Origin: Antedon mediterranea
Taxonomy: Eukaryota > Animalia > Echinodermata
NCBI RefSeq assembly: GCF_964355755.1
Contig: NC_092670.1
Span: 25,840,795-25,904,794, forward strand
DNA length: 64,000 nt
Direction of reading: 5' to 3'
Part shown: positions 14,281 to 24,260 of the stretch, one piece after another
Numbering within the stretch: position 1 is the first letter of the stretch
Layout of the letters: each line of letters starts with the position of its first letter
The notes under the pieces: model-generated
Told to the model about the DNA's origin: nothing
The model's input: only the letters and a program-made list of their open reading frames with translations
The model's database searches: none
Made by a program: the position numbers and the translations under genes

Positions 14281-14644
14281 ATTTAGAAAAGATTGCATCT
14301 TTCAGTTCGTCGAACCGTAGTATTATTAACATCTTTATAGTTCAATGTTTGCTTTGCTATATTATCATTTTGATTGTTTGCTTGTTCTAAATGTTATGTG
14401 CAATGATATCTAAATAAATGCTATTTACCTAAAATACTTTAGTTTTATTATTAGAGTTTTCTTTGTAGAGATGATTATATGTTAATTTGATACTACGAAC
14501 TTTGTCATAGCCTAGCAGGCGCGGATCTCGATATCGGGGCCTTCATTATTCAAATCTTTTAGAGAAAAGCACATGTACTCATAAAGGTCCATTTAATGTC
14601 ATTTTTTAACAAATTGTGTGAATATTCTGTGACAGCTACTACCC

Positions 14645-15520
14645 TTGGACTTTTTAGACACTATAGTGACCATAGAAAATGGTACACTCAAAACTGACCT
14701 ATTCCGTAAGCGCACGGATAAAAATATGTACCTGCTTCCTACCAGTTGTCATCCCCGACACTGTTACCAAAAACATACCGTACAGTCAAGCATTACGTAT
14801 CTGATCTTTAGATTTAAATTTTCAGAATCGTACAGAAGAACTGAGCGGACATCTCCGAAATAGAAATTACAAGAAGGAATACATTGAAACTGCTATAAAG
14901 AAAGCAAACGATATTCCTCGATGTCAGACACTGACGTACAAACCACGTCAGCTGAATTCGACCAGAGTGCCATTGGTCACAACCTATCCCTACAGTAGGT
15001 TGCCTCCTACGGGCTATTATTGAGAAACATTATGCCCATTCTACAGTCCACAGAACGTCTCATGGCTGTTTTTCCGGAACCACCCATTATTGCGTCTCGT
15101 GATAGCCAGAATGTGTCACCTTTGCGGCAAAACTTGTTCATTGGTTGACTCTACTGAAAAATGTAAGAGTAACCAAACTGGCCGCATTTTTCGGAAAAGA
15201 CAATCAATTAATTGTCTAACAAAAAACGTCATTTATCTCATATACTGTAATATTTGTGGTAAACAGTATGTCGGGGAAACACAAAACACGCTCCGTATGA
15301 GAATGACACAGATCAGCTATCAAAACATCAAAGCTTGATCAACCTGTAGCCGAACATTTTATTTCAGCTGGTCACTCGATTAAAAAAAAAGTTATTGCAA
15401 TAGACCACGATGTCAAATGGAGCGACAAAACTCGCAAAGACAAAGAAAACTAGGAATTACTACTTAAAACCACAAAACCTTTTGGACTTAACATTAGGAA
15501 CATACTCCCAGATCGGTAAA
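14645..15520 (+). mobile_element. Penelope-like element, degenerate 3' ORF (RT thumb + GIY-YIG endonuclease)
   Basis: DFLDTIVTIENGTLKTDLFRKRTDKNMYLLPTSCHPRHC..IPYSQALR, then C..CGKTC..INCLTKNVIYLIYCNICGKQYVGET..LRMRM, ending in PFGLN; several frameshifts. Confidence 0.9.
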
Positions 15521-16109
15521 ATTACTCCATTGACTACCTAAATTTAAGTTTCAATATTAAACACCATTTAAGCGACTGAGCGACCTCGGTATTTTTAGAA
15601 AGACCGTACGAGGATGTAGGGCTGGCGTAAAAAAGCGACGACCAATAAAAGTCCTTACGACATCTCGCTTTTCTGACGCAACTGATGTATGTTCTCAGAG
15701 GAAGTCGGAACTTCGCGTCATTAATTATAATAATCTTGTGCAAATAAAAGCAGAGAGTAAAAAGTATCTCGATGTTCACTGATGGAACGCACAATCTATC
15801 GGTAATAAAACTCAAACAATTTATGACTACATTCTCGACAAAGATGTTGATGTTTTGACTATCACAGAGTCTTGGTTGTCCGAAGAAGACCCTGTTATTA
15901 TTGGTGAATGTACGCCATTAGGGTACTCTTTCTTAAACTTTCCAAGACCTGGCGATAGACACGGCGGTCTTGCAATCATCAGCAAATCTAGTTTGAAGCT
16001 AGGTATTTCACCTACGGGAATAGACACCGTCACTTTTGAACATGCTTCAATAACTGGCAACTCAAAGTTTGTTCGTTTTATTGCAGTATACCGACCACCA
16101 CCCTCAAAG

Positions 16110-17033
16110 AACAAGGCCAACAGCCATTAAGTCGCGTGCTACAATGCATAATGATACCGGACCGACAGACAGACCGACAGACAGACCGACAGATAGACCG
16201 ACCGACATAGTGAACTATAGTCGCGTCCACGCGACTAAAAAGGCATAATTTTGACGAATTTTTTAACTTTTTCATCAAAAACGTGCGCAAATTATCCAAT
16301 TCGACGTGCTCGTATGACGTAATTTTAAGTCGAAATTGTTTAAAAGATTATTAGAAAAGGCTGCAAAAACATAAATCACGCGAAAAAAGTATGTATTTAA
16401 CGCTACGTGCGCACCACGCGCGTAAAAATTTGCGCGCGTATGGGAATTTTTGACATGCTCAAAATGACAAGAAACGCGTAGAAAGTTGATTAAAAATGAA
16501 TTTTGCGCATTTTAAAATTTTAAATGCGCGTGCGCGCGTAACTTTGTGGTTTTGTGACTCATGGCAATTTTGTAAACGCTTAAAATTGCCTGAAAACGTA
16601 CTCTTATTTCATCGAAAATAAATTTTGAAAATTTTAAGCGCGCGTACGCATGCGTTACATGCGCTACGCACGTAATTGTATTGCCATAATGATGATTTAT
16701 GCCCTGAAATTTATGAGTACCAAATTTTATTTAATTGTGATTCATGGTTGTGAAGATATGATTACAAACGTGATTTCGTTAAATCGTGCGTAGACCGCGT
16801 AATTTTTTATTGCGCACCGTGAAAACATAACCACATCGATTCCTGGCCATAAGCAATATACTGTGAAAAATTGACTTAACTAGATTAAACTGATATCAAG
16901 ATAAGGTCAGAAAGCGATAAAACGCATAGTGATACCGGACCGACAGACAGACCGACAGACCGACAGACCGACAGACCGACAGACCGACCGACCGACATAG
17001 TGAACTATAGAGTCGCTTCCACGCGACTAAAAA
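16110..17033 (-). mobile_element. Helentron/HINE (DINE-1-like) non-autonomous element(s) inserted in the LINE endonuclease region
   Basis: Terminal hairpin AGTCGCGT..ACGCGACT next to an A/T run plus a (GACC/GACA)n microsatellite, at 16110-16241 and again at ~16930-17033. The LINE reading frame resumes afterwards (RPPPSK..NGFTHNQFFEEF). No TSD; inserted in an A/T run. Confidence 0.7.
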
Positions 17034-18481
17034 TGGCTTTACACATAATCAATTTTTTGAAGAGTTTGACAGTTTCCTGGGTGTTATATCTACACTCCCT
17101 GGCAAACCATTGATTATGGGTGATATGAATGTTCATGTTAATGATCCTACAAAACAAGATGTGGAAATACGCTTGATCATGTTATTTGTCATCCAGAAGA
17201 TGATCTCATTACATGCGAGTCATCCATTACTGTATCACCATGCAGATATGGATCTGATCATAACATGATAGAGTGTAGCATAAATAGGTTTAAACCATGT
17301 CCCGAAAGAAGAATTATCACCCGTAGATTGTTTAAAGACATCCGTCATACCTGATCTCGATCGTGCGACGAAGTGTATTCTTCTGACAAATGATCCCAAT
17401 TCACAAGCTGAGTTATATAATAGTTCTATTCGCGAAGTACTTGATAAACATTGCCCGGAGAAATCACGGTCCCTGAAGCTGATCAGACAACCTAAATGGT
17501 ATACTGATGATGTAAAAGACTCGCGTCGTGAGCGTAGACAACTTGAACGCAAGTGGAGAAAAACTCTCTCTGGTGAAGATCGTGAAATGTACCTTAAGCA
17601 AAATGTTAAAGTTACTAAACTTATCAAGAAACGTAAAACCAACATTTTCCAAGAAACACTAAATGGTGCAAATGCTAAAACCATGTTTAATACTCTTAAT
17701 AGTCTGTTAAATTCATCTGTCAGTAAACTTCCTGCAAGTTCCTCTAACCTTGTTTTGAGCAATCAATTTGCATAATATTTCACTGATAAGGTGTCTAACA
17801 TTAGATCTGAACTCAAATGTGCTATATAAATAATGATAAGAATGATAATGTATACAATGTTAGTCAAAACGAAATCTTAAATTCTGATAATAATATCCTT
17901 AGTGATAAAGTAAATATGTTAGATACTTTTGTAAAACTGAACGAGGAAGATGTTAGGAAAATTATCATTAAACTTCCTAATAAAACAAGTCCACTGGATC
18001 CTATGCCCACTTGGTTATTGAAACGCTGTATTGATACATTATTGCCGAGTATCACGTCCATTGTAAATAATTCTCTGAGAGCAGGGATATTTCCTATTAT
18101 CCTCCGTCAAGCGATTATTACCCCTTTGATTAAGAAACCAACCTTAAATCCTGATGTGTTTAAAAATTACCGGCCTGTCTCCAACCTCCCAACGTTAGGT
18201 AAAATAATTGAATATCCCGCAGTCTCTAGATTTAAAGAGCATCTCCAGAACAATGATCTTACTGAACCGTACCAGTCTGCATATAAATCATCTCATAGTA
18301 CGGAAACTGCCCTTTTGCGGGTTAAGAATGATATGTTAAATGAACTTGACAAAGGTAAATCAATTATGTTGGTCCTACTAGATCTCTCCTCTGCATTCGA
18401 CACCATAGACCATGACATCCTTGTAAATCGAATGCAGAGTGAATTTGGTATTTCCGGTACTGCATTAAACTGGTTTGCTAG

Positions 18482-19514
18482 TTACCATCATGAACGTGTA
18501 AATAGAGTCTGTGTCCTAGGTGAATACTCACAGAATCATGTTTTGAGATATGGTGTACCTCAAGGGTCCATCGTAGGTCCATCTATCTTTACTATGTATG
18601 CGCAACCTGTTGCAGATATTATTAGTTAGTACATTGCGTAGTAGGGTAAACTTCCATCTTCGTAATTTGAGTAGGATTCGGTGTTTCATAGACCGCTCTA
18701 CTTGTACACATGCAGTAAGATCTTTAATTCTTTCCCGACTGGACTATGGCAACTCTTTGCTCGGTGGATTGGCTGTTTCAGACGTCACCGACGTTTGCCA
18801 ACACTGCAAAATAGCGCTTCGCGTCTTATTTTTCAAGCTAGCAAGCGCACCACTGCGTCTCCTCTCATTGGGGAGCTGCATTGGTTGCCTGTCCAGCAGA
18901 GGATTGAATTCAAGATCTTAGTGCATGTGTACAACTGTCTGTATGGCTCAGCACCTGGTTATTTACAGGACCTTATAAACAAACACCATTCTGATCGGCA
19001 AGGACTTCGATCTACCCAAGACCATACCCGTCTTGCCATCCCCAAGACCAAGAGGTCGTTTGGCGATAAGTGTTTTTCTGTCATCGGTCCTAGATTGTGG
19101 AATAACTTACCATCTTATATTCGTGAAGCCCCAAATTACCATCATGAACGTGTAAATAGAGTCTGTGTCCTAGGTGAATACTCACAGAATCATGTTTTGA
19201 GATATGGTGTACCTCAAGGGTCCATCGTAGGTTCATCTATCTTTACTATGTATGCGCAACCTGTTGCAGATATTATTAGTTAGTACATTGCGTAGTAGGG
19301 TAAACATCCATCTTCGTAATTTGAGTAGGATTCGGTGTTTCATAGACCGCTCTACATGTACACATGCAGTAAGATCTTTAATTCTTTCCCGACTGGACTA
19401 TGGCAACTCTTTGCTCGGTGGATTGGCTGTTTCAGACGTCACCGCCGACGTTTGCCAATACTGCAAAATAGCGCTGCGCGTCTTATTTTTCAAGCTAGCA
19501 AGCGCACCACTGCG
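18482..19514 (+). repeat. Tandem duplication (~654-bp unit) of the LINE 3' region
   Basis: TTACCATCATGAACGTGTAAATAGAGTC starts at 18482 and again at 19136. The second copy continues at 21126, 22004 and 22432 after three insertions. Confidence 0.9.
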
Positions 19515-21117
19515 CAGTGGTGGCGCCAGCGGGGGGGCTACGGGGGCTCTAGCCCCCTCGTCGGGGAGCCTAGCCCCCCCGTCGGGGAACACGGGTACTT
19601 TTTGTCGGGGAATATAATATACAGTAAAAAACGTTCGCGTTCACTTCATATAGCTTCAGCGCCTAGAAAACCACGACGTTCCATTGACCGTGAGAGTACG
19701 TCAGAGGGCTATTATGCACTTTTATGCATTCATTTATTGCCAGCGATCTAACTTACTACTAAACATTAGCTAGGTACGCAGTTGTCTGGCGGTATCCCTT
19801 TGTACGAATCGTTCAACGTTGGGTCGAGACGCGTGATATCAAGTTCCATCCAGGGACCAAAATGTGTAATGTAGTTATTTTCCAGGCGAAGTTTACCGAC
19901 GGTTACCGAAGGAAACACGGGTACTTTTTGTCGGGGAATATAATATACAGTAAAAAGCGTTCGCGTTCACTTCGTAGCTAGCTTCAGCGCCTAGAAAACC
20001 GCGACGTTTCATTGACCGTGAGAGAGTACGTCAGAGTGATATTATGCACTTTATAAGCACTCATTATTGCCAGCGATCTAACTTACTACTAAACAATAGC
20101 TAGGTTCGCTCTCGTCTGGCGGTATCCCTTTGTACGAATCGTTCAACGTTGGGTCGAGACGCGTGATATCATGTTCCATCCAGGGACCAAAATGTGTACT
20201 GTAGTTATTTTCCAGGCGAAGTTTACTGACGGTTACGTCGTGTACTGCGTCGACGTACGCTACACTACAGCAAAAACGAATTATGTTAATTGTTCGTATG
20301 TTCACCAATTTTTTTAATTTACAAGTAACATTCTGTACCGTGGGGCACCTAAAATAAATTTTTCATCCATTACTAAACAAAAAAACATGCCATTTTCGCT
20401 TAGCCAACATCTTATTATAGCTAAGTTATTACATTTTCAATGTCCTGTATGTCATGAATTTCTCACCACTCGGAAGTCCAGATGGTACGCACGCATACAC
20501 TTGGGAGGAATAAACTTATTTCCCCGACTGAAAAAGGTCTACGCTTGCGTTTTTTAAGCCTCTATGCCTGATGTTTCCGAAGTATAAAATGCAATTTTTT
20601 GAAGACCTGCAGCTCTAGTTTTAAACAGTTTCTTAGCTCAGCCCCAACAATAAAGCTGGTCATATTTCGAAGTAGGCCTACAGGAAGTGCATTTTCCGGG
20701 ACCTAACATCTCTATTTTTCAAACATTTCTTAGCTCAGTCACAACCTTGATAGGGACTTATATATTTTATTTCATGTTTTGAAGTATAATAAGTTCAATT
20801 TCCGGGACCTCCAACTCTATTTTTCTAAATTTTCTTTGAACTTTTATTTTTTAAATTGAAAAATATGGATTGAAACAGTCATCGCGCATCGTTTTTTTGC
20901 ACGCAGTATTTTATTTATGCATTATAAAAAATGGAAAAAATGGCTACCCTAAATCTGATTAAAATGACCTCAAATGACGCTAGAACGCGTTGCTTCCCCC
21001 ACCGGGGGCCCTTGGCGGCCCCCCTGGCCCCCAGCCTAGTGATGCTCGCTTCGCTCGCATAGCCCCCTCGTCGGGGAATGTAGCCCCCCCGTCGGGAAGA
21101 TCCTGGCGCCACCCCTG
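19515..21117. mobile_element. Non-autonomous hAT-like transposon
   Basis: TIR CAGTGGTGGCGCCAG / CTGGCGCCACCCCTG (14/15 match). 8-bp TSD CCACTGCG at 19507-19514 and 21118-21125. Internal ~325-bp tandem duplication (~19588 and ~19913). Confidence 0.9.
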
Positions 21118-21195
21118 CCACTGCGTCTCCTCTCATTGGGGAGCTGCATTGGTTGCCTGTCCAGCAGAGGATTGAATTCAAGATCTTAGTGCATG

Positions 21196-21999
21196 TGTTA
21201 TGCGCGATTTGAACGATTTGCGCAATTTGAAATTGCGCAAAAAAAATCCTTGCGCAATTTGAATTGAAACATGTGTTTCAAATTGCGCAAGCAACGTATT
21301 AAATTGCGCAAGTAATCTGCAAATTGCGCAAGGTTTTCCGACAGATTGTGAAATCATGCACACCCATATTTTTATAGTAATTTCTAAGAATGATTCAAAA
21401 TTAAAGATAAATATCGCATTTCCTTATTTTAGTAGTGCAAATATTGTTACTGTATAAGTTAGCATACCGTCGAAGAACCGACGAAGGAAAACGAAGCGGT
21501 GGTGTTCCACCAGGCGGGCGCGGCGCGGGCGGCCGGCTATACTACTCTAGCCTAGCTAGGGTCTGGACTACTGATACTGACTAGGTTACATGGCCTAGCT
21601 TAAACTAATATTAAAAACTTAAAAAGTGAGTATTAAACATTATCTTCATTGAAATGGTCTTATTTATATAATAAAATACTAAATTTTAAACTCCTCTGCC
21701 TAGGCCTAGCCTAGCCATGTATGGGAAAATTTACAGTTCGTTTTCAAATTGCGCAAAGGTGTCGTATTGCGCAAGAACTATCTTGCGCAATTTACAAATT
21801 GTGCAGCGCAATTTAAAATTGCGCAAAGATTTTCTTGCGCAATTTGAAATTGCGCAAGTTGATTGCGCAATTTGAAATTGCGCAAAAAAATCCTTGCGCA
21901 ATTTTAAATTGCGCAAGAATTCTTTGCGCAATTTCAAATTGCGCAAGAATTTTTTTGCGCAATTTCAAATTGCGCAAATCGTTCAAATCGCGCATAACA
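21196..21999. mobile_element. Non-autonomous Ginger-like MITE with TTGCGCAA subterminal arrays
   Basis: TIR of at least 45 bp (TGTTATGCGCGATTTGAACGATTTGCGCAATTTGAAATTGCGCAA), TGT..ACA termini and 4-bp TSD CATG (21192-21195, 22000-22003). The empty site is preserved at ~18922 (GTGCATGTGTACAAC). Confidence 0.8.
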
Positions 22000-22086
22000 C
22001 ATGTGTACAACTGTCTGTATGGCTTACCACCTGGTTATTTACAGGACCTTATAAACAAACACCATTCTGATCGGCAAGGACTTCGA

Positions 22087-22431
22087 GTGAGTGAGTGAGT
22101 GAGTGAGTGAGTGAGTGGCCGAGCGGTTAAGACAGTGGAACCGTAATTACGTAGCCATAACATCGGCAGGGGTTCGAGGCTCACTCACTCTATGGTTCTG
22201 GTGGTAGAACGAGTTTTCTCGGATAAGGACTATAAACCGTAGGTCCAGTGTACACATCTTGCTCGTGTGCACTTTAAAGAACCTAGTACATCTTTCGAGA
22301 CGAGTAGGGGGTTACCCCGGTGTATTAGTACATCACAGCCACTGATCACCAACTGGGCCCTCTGGAAGACCAGTCTTTGACTGAAGAGGTTACCCAGTAT
22401 AAATATAAATTTCAATCAATCGATCAATCGA
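22087..22431 (+). mobile_element. tRNA-derived SINE with a Deu/Nin-like central domain
   Basis: A box TGGCCGAGCGG and B box GGTTCGAGGC; central CTCGGATAAGGACTATAAACCGTAGGTCC..GCACTTTAAAGAACC resembles the DeuSINE/Nin core; (CAAT)n-like tail. Inserted at CTTCGA^TCTACC of the LINE. Confidence 0.8.
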
Positions 22432-22804
22432 TCTACCCAAGACCATACCCGTCTTGCCATCCCCAAGACCAAGAGGTCGTTTGGCGATAAGTGTTTTTCT
22501 GTCATCGGTCCTAGATTGTGGAATAACTTACCATCTTATATTCGTGAAACCCCAAATTAATGTGCAATATTTCAAGAAAATGTTAAAAACCTTTCTCTTT
22601 CCTAAATAATGTTAATGAAATTAGGTAACTTTTTGTATAGGCCCTCATAGTTTTTATATTTATATATTTTTGTATTTTCATTCCATTTTCTATATTTGTT
22701 TTTGTAAGTATTAGTTGAGTATTAGTATCAATTGTACAGCGCTTTGGTCACTTGAAAAAGCGCTAAATAAATCCAAATTAAATTTTAAAAAATAAAATAA
22801 ATAA

Positions 22805-23165
22805 GCTGTTTTTTAGTTTTATTCCAAAATTGTTTATATCTACCAAGTAAAGCTATCTTCTTTGTTTTCTACCAAATACTATTTCCACCCTCCATTCACC
22901 AGCCTTGTGCCTCTTTTGTTTTATTTCTTTTATTCCTGTCCACTCAGGCAGCACTTGCCTGACTATATATATCTATCTTTGTCCAAGTTTTTTCACTTGC
23001 ACTGATGAAGGGCTAGTGTTGCCCGAAAGCTCTAACCTTTCTGGCTGTTTTACTTACTTTTACGTTTGAATTAGCTTTTTGCTTTTTTTTTTTGTATCTC
23101 CATTGAGATCCAGCCACTGATACCCACATCATTGTCATTTGTTCAGTAATTTGCCTTTGGATTTA
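22805..23165 (+). mobile_element. Penelope-type terminal repeat (pLTR) ending at a (TA)n tract
   Basis: Near-identical to 63476-63655 and to the reverse complement of 62951-63460 units. Contains a hammerhead core. Lies directly after the LINE that follows the Penelope ORF. Confidence 0.7.
22997..23036 (+). ncRNA. Minimal hammerhead ribozyme motif, family A, probably defective
   Basis: TTGCA-CTGATGA-A-GGGC-TAGTGTT-GCCC-GAAA-GCTC-TAAC. It lacks the TGC after the cleavage site that forms stem I in the other copies. Confidence 0.65.
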
Positions 23166-23229
23166 TATATATATATATAAATAAATAAATGATAAAGACG
23201 CTAGTAAATTACCAACTGAACATTTTATT

Positions 23230-23273
23230 GCACTACAGGCTGTTTCATGAGTATGAACTCAATCTTCAGGTGC
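23230..23273 (-). ncRNA. Minimal hammerhead ribozyme motif, family B
   Basis: Minus strand: GCAC-CTGAAGA-T-TGAG-TTCATA-CTCA-T-GAAA-CAG-C-CTG-TA-GTGC. Stem I GCAC/GUGC, stem II UGAG/CUCA, stem III ACAG/CUGU, GUA triplet. U.U at the base of stem II. Confidence 0.65.
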
Positions 23274-24260
23274 TTGGATATATATAAAATGTACATAAAT
23301 CCAAAGGCAATTTACCAAAACATTTTAGTTGCATGTACAAATAATTTTAGCAATAGAAAATCATTTCAAAAATTAAAAAAGGATTACAATACAAACAGTT
23401 AATAACATAAAATACAACCTTTATTTGTTTCTATAATAATAACATGTAAATGTTAACAAATGGATTCAGATACCATGTTTTTTTAAAATAAGCATTTTAT
23501 ATATATATATATACCAAAATATACCAAATATTTGATTTGTCCATATAATATACTTTGGAAAAAAACATGAAATGAGGCTGTATTAGAATTAAAACATTTG
23601 TTTAGCAGAAAATATATTGTACTCCACCTCTACTGTAATTACAGTATCATGAAAGAAGTTTACAATAATAGATTACTCAAAACTTGTTTGCCTATGTTAC
23701 CATTTTTATATTCTCTTATTGCATAACACAATGTTTACAACACTTTATTGTTACAAAGTTGAAGAAACAATCATTCTAAATAAGATTATAATTATTTGTT
23801 TAAAATAGTTATAGTTCGTTTTTGGTTTATGGATGAAAATAAAAAAAAAATGTAATTGAATAATCTTCTATAATATCAAATTCATACACAATCATACATT
23901 TAATACTATTACATAATACAGTACTAGATTGTGTACCATCTCCCCTTCCCATTGCTCTTCTAAATGTACAAGAGTTTATGAGACTTTTCAATGGCAACCA
24001 CCTCAATTTGTCACCAACTTCTTATGACCCTCTGTCCGAAACCCTGTTTTTTTATTGCTTCTCTTCTTGAATGCCAATTTTAATTAAACAAAAAAGCTCT
24101 GATTCATGCAAAATGTTTTTTAATTTGCCCATAAACAAATCTGACTCAAATTCAATGTCTCTTTGTATAATATTGATATTGACAGAAGTATTTATTGATA
24201 TTGAATTAATTATTCTGGCTTCACATTGTCAATTGTGACCTTATTTCTGGAATCATTAGC

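Larger units (their letters stand above)
15650..22803 (+). mobile_element. Degenerate L2/CR1-group LINE (APE endonuclease + RT) with internal duplication and nested insertions
   Basis: EN motifs ITESWL, YRPP, MGDMNVH, SDH. RT motifs KNYRPVSNLP, QSAYK..HSTETALL, LLDLSSAFDTIDH, YGVPQGSIVGP. C-terminal SRLDYGNSLL, LHWLPVQQRIEFKI, GPRLWNNLP. A-rich tail ~22765-22803. The YADD region is deleted. Confidence 0.92.

Noticed and set aside
17817-18629. Longest ORF (270 aa) as an intact reverse transcriptase
   Set aside because: It ends before the catalytic YADD motif, which is deleted; part of a dead LINE.
21731-22098. ORFs with repeated LRNLKLRK/AQFEIAQ
   Set aside because: Translations of the TTGCGCAA subterminal arrays of a MITE.
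22375-22410. CTGAAGAG in the SINE tail as a hammerhead core
   Set aside because: No stem II followed by GAAA and no stems I/III.
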